Shown here piece after piece: positions 1-5,530 of a stretch of 24,000 bases of DNA (position 1 is its first letter; every line of letters begins with the position of its first letter). Both the position numbers and the translations under genes were made by a program. The notes under the pieces were generated by a model. The model searched no databases. It was not told the origin of the DNA and was given only the letters and a program-made list of their open reading frames with translations. Location: NCBI GenBank assembly GCA_965199745.1, contig CBDATB010000013.1:511438-535437 (forward strand). Direction: 5' to 3'. The stretch comes from Flammeovirgaceae bacterium (lineage in GTDB: Bacteria; Bacteroidota; Bacteroidia; Cytophagales; Flammeovirgaceae).

Positions 1-288
1 CAGATACAAGCCTGTGTCGGTGATGCCGCCACCGGGGTAATTTCTGTTGAAAATTTACTGGTCATAGGGGAGTATTTTAATATTTGGCCAAGCGAAGTAT
101 ACCTCGTAGACGTGGAACCAGGCCCCGAAGTAGCTGGCGAACAATGGACATGGGAAGTGCAGCAGTGTATCCCGCATGTAATAACTGTTATTAAAAAATT
201 GGCAACTAACGGTCCGAATGGCGAAATAAAATTGCATTTTCTCAAAGGAAATACTATATTTGACCATATATCTCACATCAATGATTAA
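1..288 (+). CDS. 3' end of a gene entering from upstream; the C-terminal region tentatively resembles a [NiFe]-hydrogenase maturation endopeptidase (HycI/HybD/HupD family)
   Basis: Frame 1 is open from base 1 to TAA at 286-288 (...ISVENLLVIGEYFNIWPSEVYLVDVEPGPEVAGEQWTWEVQQCIPHVITVIKKL...HISHIND*). By eye it aligns with the C-terminal half of the intact endopeptidase at 2152-2652 (PSEVYLVDVEP vs PPKVYILGCQS, each followed by a helix-like segment). Its stop lies 2 nt before the GTG start of the next gene. Confidence 0.45.
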   Translation, partial: QIQACVGDAATGVISVENLLVIGEYFNIWPSEVYLVDVEPGPEVAGEQWTWEVQQCIPHVITVIKKLATNGPNGEIKLHFLKGNTIFDHISHIND

Positions 289-290
289 AA

Positions 291-689
291 GTGGAAACTG
301 TAGAAAAATCAGCTCTTAGATCCCTTTTTTGGAAAGATGAAATACTTCAGGTGCTTTATTGGATGCAGGGTGAAGGCTTGGGAGAACAGGTGTCGATGGT
401 GCAAATTCTTTCATTGCTGAATACTAATGAAGATAATCTTCGGTTTCATTTGAAAAAACTCTCAGTCGATGGTGTACTGATTGCTTCAGACCCGCAAATA
501 GCCGATGACACCCTCATTCGGCTCTCACCGAAAATGTATAAAGAAGCAGGCAAGCGATTTTCCAGTGCGTTTCAGGGTTACCAAAAAACAGGACATGGTG
601 AATGCGGACCTGATTGTGAGTTTTGTTATGATGCAGACGGGCAAAAATTAGACAACTGTGTGCATAACTGTGCTACTGCAAATGAGTGA
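291..689 (+). CDS. Hypothetical small Cys-rich protein (132 aa) with a possible winged-helix-like N-terminal part; family not recognised
   Basis: GTG start tightly coupled to the upstream stop. C-terminal cysteine cluster ECGPDCEFC (C-x3-C-x2-C, Cys codons at 603, 615, 624) plus NCVHNC (C-x3-C, 657 and 669). No competing ORF. Lies on the same strand as the hydrogenase accessory operon. Confidence 0.6.
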   Translation: METVEKSALRSLFWKDEILQVLYWMQGEGLGEQVSMVQILSLLNTNEDNLRFHLKKLSVDGVLIASDPQIADDTLIRLSPKMYKEAGKRFSSAFQGYQKTGHGECGPDCEFCYDADGQKLDNCVHNCATANE

Positions 690-692
690 GTC

Positions 693-1343
693 GTGAAAGA
701 AAAATTATTCAACGATGGTGAATATATTGAAATACTGGCAAAGCTTAATGGACTTATGCGCCAGGTCGAAAATATTTCGCAGGTTGAGCATAAAGTATTA
801 ATTTACAATGTATTACAATATTTTGACTATATGCACCGAGAACCCATTACAAGGATGATGCATAGGATACAAATGGATCCGCAGCTTGAGCGTGACCTGG
901 TGAATGACAAGACGGTACAGAAGCTTTGTGAGCTTTACGATGTCAATATTGAAGCAAGTTTACCTAAAAATGCGGACTCTGCTGAATCTGAAGATGAAGC
1001 ATTTATAACAGCCACCGATATTCCGAAAAAAAAAGACTGGCTTGAATTGGGAAATTTCGATGATTTCGAAAATAAAAAGGTATACCCAAAAAATTACGAA
1101 AAAGTCAACTTCCTCATTTTGAGAATAGGCAAAGAGATATTCGCTGTAAAAAACCAATGTTATGGTTCGGTGTTGCCCATAGACATGGGAAAACTTGAAG
1201 ATCATTTTATTATTTGCCCGTGGCATGGCTGTAAATATGATTTGAAAACAGGACAAGCAGTCAACCAAGTCGGTAAACAACTGGAAATTTATCCAGTAGC
1301 AATAGTAGCCAATGGTTTAGTGAAGATAAAAATAACATATTAA
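693..1343 (+). CDS. HucE/HhyE-like hydrogenase-associated putative Fe-S protein: helical N-terminal domain plus a Rieske-type C-terminal domain with a degenerate first ligand motif
   Basis: GTG start 3 nt after the upstream stop. The C-terminus reads NQCYGSVLPIDMGKLEDHFIICPWHGCKYDLKTGQ. CPWHG matches the second Rieske box (C-x-x-H), and the two Cys are separated by 18 residues as in Rieske domains. The first box is C-Y-G rather than C-x-H. Sits in a hydrogenase operon context. Confidence 0.55.
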   Translation: MKEKLFNDGEYIEILAKLNGLMRQVENISQVEHKVLIYNVLQYFDYMHREPITRMMHRIQMDPQLERDLVNDKTVQKLCELYDVNIEASLPKNADSAESEDEAFITATDIPKKKDWLELGNFDDFENKKVYPKNYEKVNFLILRIGKEIFAVKNQCYGSVLPIDMGKLEDHFIICPWHGCKYDLKTGQAVNQVGKQLEIYPVAIVANGLVKIKITY

Positions 1344-1348
1344 GCTCT

Positions 1349-2155
1349 GTGAGAAGATTATCTGCATTGATTATAGTGTTGTCGATATTACTCGCAGCTT
1401 GTAGTCATAAAAAAGACGTAAGCAAGCATCCGATGGATAATTTGCCACAAAATGAAGCAGGGGAGGTAGTCAGGAAAGCTATTGCCTATGCAGGAGGATG
1501 GAAAAATTGGGATCAAAAAAAGAACTTTACATTTTATAAGAAAATGACTTACCTAGATAGTGCCGGAGTTGTCTCAAAAATAGTGCGGCAGCTACATGAG
1601 TATAATTTGGGTGATCTTTTTCAGGCGAACATGTCGTGGAAAGTAGATGGGGACAATTATCGTGTCATTAACAATGGGTATCAAGCAAAAAAATATTCCG
1701 ATGGGATAGAATTCACAGATCAACAGTCGAGAAATCAAGCGTGGAATTCATCGTTTGGTTCACATTATGTAATTGCCATGCCTTATAAACTGACTGACTC
1801 GGGAGCGACCTTGACCTATGAAGGGATAGATAGTACAGTCATGGGCAAACCTGTTCATGCTGTCAAGGTAACATATGCCGAAGGAATCGGAAGCTCGGGA
1901 GGAATGCACGTATGGTGGTATTATTTCGACAGAGATAATTTTGGTTTGATAGGTAATTTTTTGGACCATGGACACGGATACGTATTGACCACTTATGAGG
2001 GCTTTGAATATGTCGATAAAATCAGAATCCATAACAAAAGGTATTTCTATGAGTCTAATGAAAATAGAGAAAAATTAAGACTTGTAATTATTTATGAAAA
2101 TGAAGCAATGCAGTTTGACCGGGAACTAGATTCGGAAATATTTGAACTCAAGTGA
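1349..2155 (+). CDS. Lipoprotein of unknown function with a LolA-like or lipoprotein-sorting-like fold suspected; paralogue of 2656-3663
   Basis: GTG start. Signal peptide plus lipobox MRRLSALIIVLSILLAAC (Cys codon 1400-1402). Shares AGG..W, MP(Y/F)KLTDSG and C-terminal beta-rich blocks with the ORF at 2656-3663. Overlaps the next gene by 4 nt (GTGA). Confidence 0.7.
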   Translation: MRRLSALIIVLSILLAACSHKKDVSKHPMDNLPQNEAGEVVRKAIAYAGGWKNWDQKKNFTFYKKMTYLDSAGVVSKIVRQLHEYNLGDLFQANMSWKVDGDNYRVINNGYQAKKYSDGIEFTDQQSRNQAWNSSFGSHYVIAMPYKLTDSGATLTYEGIDSTVMGKPVHAVKVTYAEGIGSSGGMHVWWYYFDRDNFGLIGNFLDHGHGYVLTTYEGFEYVDKIRIHNKRYFYESNENREKLRLVIIYENEAMQFDRELDSEIFELK

Positions 2156-2652
2156 GTGGTACTGCAAAAATACTCATAGCCGGAGTAGGTAATGAATTAC
2201 GGCAGGATGACGCGTTCGGTATTGAGTTCGTCAGAAGGTGGAACGATACGGTGACCCACTTCGATAATGTGACGACAATAGAAGTGGGAATAGCCGGTAT
2301 TCATCTGGTACAGGAATTACATACTGGTTACGATGTACTGATTATTGCAGATGCCGTTGATTACCGAAAGAAAGCCGGTCTTATATCGATAGAAAAAGTG
2401 GAAAAGATCAGTAAGGTCGAAACTATGCCTCTGGATCAGAAAAGAGAATTCCTGGCTGATATGCATTATACCAATCCTGTCCGGGCTATGATGCTAGCGC
2501 ATGCGTTGAAAGTATTGCCGCCAAAAGTGTATATTTTAGGGTGTCAATCGAAGTGGCACGACGATTTTAATATAGGTATGAGTGATGAAGTAACCAGTGC
2601 GATACCTATTGCTATAAGTAAACTTATCGAATGGTTAGACAATGTTCAATAA
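2152..2652 (+). CDS. [NiFe]-hydrogenase maturation endopeptidase (HycI/HybD/HupD/HoxM family)
   Basis: N-terminal ILIAGVGNELRQDDAFG matches the G-x-G-N-x4-DD-x-x-G signature. IIADAVD supplies the second acidic ligand region and MHYTNP a candidate His ligand. At 166 aa the size is typical. GTG start overlaps the upstream stop. Confidence 0.85.
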   Translation: MSGTAKILIAGVGNELRQDDAFGIEFVRRWNDTVTHFDNVTTIEVGIAGIHLVQELHTGYDVLIIADAVDYRKKAGLISIEKVEKISKVETMPLDQKREFLADMHYTNPVRAMMLAHALKVLPPKVYILGCQSKWHDDFNIGMSDEVTSAIPIAISKLIEWLDNVQ

Positions 2653-2655
2653 ATA

Positions 2656-3663
2656 ATGATAAATACTATGAAAACTAAAGATCAGGAAACCACCGTACGC
2701 AAGGCTCAATCATCCAAATACATACCCTGGCTTTTTGGCCTTGAGGTTGGAGACCTTGCAAATCCTATTACCATCAGGAGGTTGAGGATTTTGCAAATAG
2801 TCGTGTTGCTGGCAATGCTATCGGGTGCCAGCTATTTACTTTGGGAAAATACATTTCGCGCTCCGACAGGAGCCGAATTGGTCAGTCAAATGGTAACCGC
2901 TGCCGGAGGCATGCAAGCATGGAATCATCTAAAATCGGGACAGTTCACCCGAACGCAGAATGTTTATGATAAGTCCGGAAAACGCCTCTCGCACCATGTC
3001 GAAACATTTTATTTCAGGAAAAATGAAAATGGCATCCAGATCATGGTCAAAGCGATAGACAGACAGGGGAAAGAAGTTGTTATTAGTAAAGACAATGAAG
3101 GATTTTGGGCAACCAAACAAGAAATACCTGCAGATCCAAAAGGTAGCTCTAAAGACCTTGGAATGATGTGTGATTCTGAATTTTGTCAGCCCGATTGTGC
3201 CGCTACAATGGCTTTTTACAGATTCTCTATGCCATTCAAACTCACGGACTCTGGCGTAAATCCCGCTGTCAACAATGTCTCTTCTTTGGGTCTATTAGAC
3301 TGGAATCCATTAGAAAATATGACCATAGAAGGCGATCCGTTGATACTGGATATTTCATTTGATCCTTCCGTAGGACGTGATAAATGGCGATTTATGGTAA
3401 ACCCTGAAACCAGCTTAATCCACAAGATAGAATACTACAATAAATCTGATTTTGGCACCTACAGACCGGAAGAGATATACTGGTCGGATCATAAAACAGT
3501 AAATGGTGTTACTTTCAGCCACCGATGGACGAAATATTGGAGCAATGGTCAGGTGATGGACGAGTATATTTATTCGGATGTATCTTTAAATAATCAGCTT
3601 GACGAAGCTTTTTTTAAAAGACCGGAAAATCTGGATTGGGTGAGTATTAATAACAATCTTTAA
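2656..3663 (+). CDS. Membrane-anchored (N-terminal signal-anchor) paralogue of the 1349-2155 lipoprotein, carrying an inserted C-x4-C-x3-C motif
   Basis: One hydrophobic helix (LRILQIVVLLAMLSGASYLLW) follows a roughly 44-aa polar N-tail. Homology blocks with 1349-2155: TAAGGMQAWN vs AYAGGWKNWD, and FSMPFKLTDSG vs IAMPYKLTDSG. The cysteine motif MCDSEFCQPDC lies at 3169-3198. Confidence 0.7.
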   Translation: MINTMKTKDQETTVRKAQSSKYIPWLFGLEVGDLANPITIRRLRILQIVVLLAMLSGASYLLWENTFRAPTGAELVSQMVTAAGGMQAWNHLKSGQFTRTQNVYDKSGKRLSHHVETFYFRKNENGIQIMVKAIDRQGKEVVISKDNEGFWATKQEIPADPKGSSKDLGMMCDSEFCQPDCAATMAFYRFSMPFKLTDSGVNPAVNNVSSLGLLDWNPLENMTIEGDPLILDISFDPSVGRDKWRFMVNPETSLIHKIEYYNKSDFGTYRPEEIYWSDHKTVNGVTFSHRWTKYWSNGQVMDEYIYSDVSLNNQLDEAFFKRPENLDWVSINNNL

Positions 3664-3675
3664 TATCTTTTTAAG

Positions 3676-4443
3676 ATGAAAATAGCAGTAGTAGGCAAAG
3701 GGGGAGTCGGTAAAACCACTGTCAGCGGAGTCATATGCAGGACTATGGCAAAAGAAGGAAGAAAGGTTTTGGCTATCGATGGCGATCCGAACCCGAATCT
3801 TTCAGCAGTCTTAGGTGTGGATAAAAAACAACCTCCTCAAAAATCGTTAAGCACCGACATCATCGAGCGGGTTCAGGATGGAGAAAGCTGGAGGTTCAGA
3901 GTAAAAATGCCCTTTGATGAAGTACTCCAAACCTACAGCCAAGATGCTAATAATGTGACCTTACTCGTAGTAGGTAAACCCGAAAAAGCCGGTACCGGAT
4001 GCATGTGTGGGTCGCATACAGTGGTGAGAGAGTTAATTCATTCTGCCCTCACTTCAGACTATCAAGCATCGATGGTGGTAGATACTGAGGCTTCACTCGA
4101 ACATATGAAACGGGGTACGTCCAAGTATGTAGAGAAAATGTACACGGTATTAGAACCCTACTATCGGTCGTTGGAAGCAGCGAGTAGATTCGCTGAGATG
4201 GCTAAAGACCTGGGTATACGTGAAGTCGCAGCTATAGGAAACAAAATAAAAACACAGGCAGAGGCAAATGCCATAAGAGAATACTGCGACAAGGAAAAAT
4301 TGCCCATAGCTATGATGGTTCCTTATGATGAAAATATTGCTGCTGCCGATCTCAAAGGAGTATCGATTGTAGATTATAATAGGGATTCCAAAGCCGTAAA
4401 AGTCATTGAAGAGTTTGTAAAGTCATTAAAATCACTCAATTAA
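3676..4443 (+). CDS. CooC-type nickel-insertion ATPase (MinD/ParA-fold P-loop NTPase, CbiA/CooC family)
   Basis: Deviant Walker A MKIAVVGKGGVGKTT. The CooC-type metal motif GTGCMCG has Cys codons at 4000 and 4006. DTEASLEHMKRGT matches the D-x-x-A-G-x-E-H-x-x-R-G block of CooC/AcsF proteins. Length is 255 aa. Confidence 0.8.
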   Translation: MKIAVVGKGGVGKTTVSGVICRTMAKEGRKVLAIDGDPNPNLSAVLGVDKKQPPQKSLSTDIIERVQDGESWRFRVKMPFDEVLQTYSQDANNVTLLVVGKPEKAGTGCMCGSHTVVRELIHSALTSDYQASMVVDTEASLEHMKRGTSKYVEKMYTVLEPYYRSLEAASRFAEMAKDLGIREVAAIGNKIKTQAEANAIREYCDKEKLPIAMMVPYDENIAAADLKGVSIVDYNRDSKAVKVIEEFVKSLKSLN

Positions 4444-4444
4444 A

Positions 4445-4693
4445 ATGTGTCTTGCTATACCGGGAAAAATATTAGCAATAGAAAAAACCGACGACGCTGT
4501 ATTTCAGATTGCTAAGGTTTCTTTTAGTGGTATCACCAAGAAGATTAACCTAGGCCTAGTCCCGGAAGCAAAAATCGGAGATTACGTACTGGTACATGTA
4601 GGAGTAGCCGTGAGTATCATAGATGAAGCTGAAGCAATAAAAACATTCAACTTTCTGCAAGGAACCGGAGAATTGGATGAGCTTTTGGAGTAA
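4445..4693 (+). CDS. hypC: Hydrogenase assembly chaperone HypC/HupF
   Basis: Canonical N-terminus MCLAIPGKI (essential Cys2). At 82 aa the size is typical. ATG starts 1 nt after the upstream stop. Confidence 0.9.
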   Translation: MCLAIPGKILAIEKTDDAVFQIAKVSFSGITKKINLGLVPEAKIGDYVLVHVGVAVSIIDEAEAIKTFNFLQGTGELDELLE

Positions 4694-4722
4694 TTCTATG
4701 CAGGTAATTGAAACCTCACCTT

Positions 4723-5385
4723 TCACCCACTCAATGCGTATGCTCCCCATCTTTGATTTTTTGGGACAAATGGGTTTAAAAGTGATTCTATCAACAAATC
4801 GAACTCCAACCGACCCGTTGGAGTAAAATACGGCAGTATCTGCGTCCATATCATCTCTTTGAAAACCCTTTCTCCACTGGTTAAACTACTCTGGTCTAAA
4901 GGTTTTGTTAAGTAAAATGTAATGATCATCCAGATGGTGTGCGCTATTATTTTGTAGTGATTCGACCTTGGTTCGCTTATCAGGATACCTTTTTTTACAT
5001 TTTGTTTAATCCAGTCATATATTTGACTTGATGTGCGTTCTGAGATTAATATTCTTTTTGAATATTGCTTTGGGTAGTTGCGTTTAATCTCCAATAAATC
5101 AATGAAGAAGAAAGAATATTTGATTAAAATATGGTAATACTTTGCCAGTTGTGTATCAAAGTCTATCAATATTGGAAACTCCTTTTTATCTGTCATAGGA
5201 TAGAGTAAGTCCGCAAGTTGATTTACTATGGATTTTATGATAGCTTCTTTACTACAAAAGTGATAAGCCAGATTTCCTACACTAATATTGGCTTCATCAG
5301 CAATGCTTTGCAGCCTGACATTAACTATTCCGCATTCATTGAATAGTCGGATGCTTTCCGCTATTATTCTTTTTTTAGTATCCAA
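4723..5385 (-). CDS. TetR/AcrR-family transcriptional regulator
   Basis: N-terminal HTH region KKRIIAESIRLFNECGIVNVRLQSIADEANISVGNLAYHF is typical of TetR_N. Length is 220 aa. The start appears to be TTG at 5385-5383, with no in-frame ATG nearby. Convergent with hypC and divergent from hypF. Confidence 0.85.
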   Translation of the reverse strand: MDTKKRIIAESIRLFNECGIVNVRLQSIADEANISVGNLAYHFCSKEAIIKSIVNQLADLLYPMTDKKEFPILIDFDTQLAKYYHILIKYSFFFIDLLEIKRNYPKQYSKRILISERTSSQIYDWIKQNVKKGILISEPRSNHYKIIAHTIWMIITFYLTKPLDQSSLTSGERVFKEMIWTQILPYFTPTGRLEFDLLIESLLNPFVPKNQRWGAYALSG

Positions 5386-5445
5386 ATTAAAAACAAGCGA
5401 TTTAGTAATACCAATAAGTAACCAAACACCCCCGAAAAGTACAAA

Positions 5446-5453
5446 TACATTTG
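5446..5453 (+). promoter_or_regulatory. Bacteroidota-type -7 promoter element (TAnnTTTG) upstream of hypF
   Basis: TACATTTG sits about 78 nt upstream of the hypF ATG. This is a motif match only. Confidence 0.3.
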
Positions 5454-5467
5454 CTTATAAGCAAATG
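5448..5467. promoter_or_regulatory. Perfect 20-bp palindrome CATTTGCTTA|TAAGCAAATG, candidate operator for the adjacent TetR regulator
   Basis: Read directly: the reverse complement of 5458-5467 equals 5448-5457. It lies in the 145-bp divergent intergenic region between the TetR gene (start 5385) and hypF (start 5531). Its left arm overlaps a TAnnTTTG motif. Confidence 0.5.
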
Positions 5468-5475
5468 AAGGAATT

Positions 5476-5495
5476 AAATATGCCACCGCATATTT
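5476..5495. promoter_or_regulatory. Second inverted repeat AAATATGC-cacc-GCATATTT in the TetR/hypF intergenic region
   Basis: 8-bp arms with a 4-nt spacer, read directly. GCATATT is also repeated directly at 5488-5494 and 5497-5503. Confidence 0.3.
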
Positions 5496-5530
5496 TGCAT
5501 ATTAAGAGTTTATTTTAATCTTGAAAACCA

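Noticed and set aside
55-276. 73-aa minus-strand ORF
   Set aside because: It lies entirely antisense to the open frame-1 CDS that ends at 288. It has low-complexity, aromatic-rich shadow-ORF composition and no motifs.
960-1280. 106-aa minus-strand ORF inside the HucE/HhyE-like gene
   Set aside because: Shadow ORF opposite a gene with recognisable Rieske motifs. Its Phe/Ile-rich composition is typical of antisense reading of AT-rich coding DNA.
1760-3425. Minus-strand ORFs 1760-2032, 2929-3120 and 3216-3425
   Set aside because: All are antisense to the two paralogous exported-protein genes, whose mutual homology supports the plus-strand reading.
4556-4849. 97-aa minus-strand ORF spanning the hypC / TetR junction
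   Set aside because: It overlaps the 3' halves of both hypC and the TetR gene, each with clear family motifs. No independent support.
5288-5518. 76-aa plus-strand ORF across the TetR 5' end and the intergenic region
   Set aside because: It is antisense to the TetR HTH-coding region and runs through the palindromic operator candidates. No motifs.
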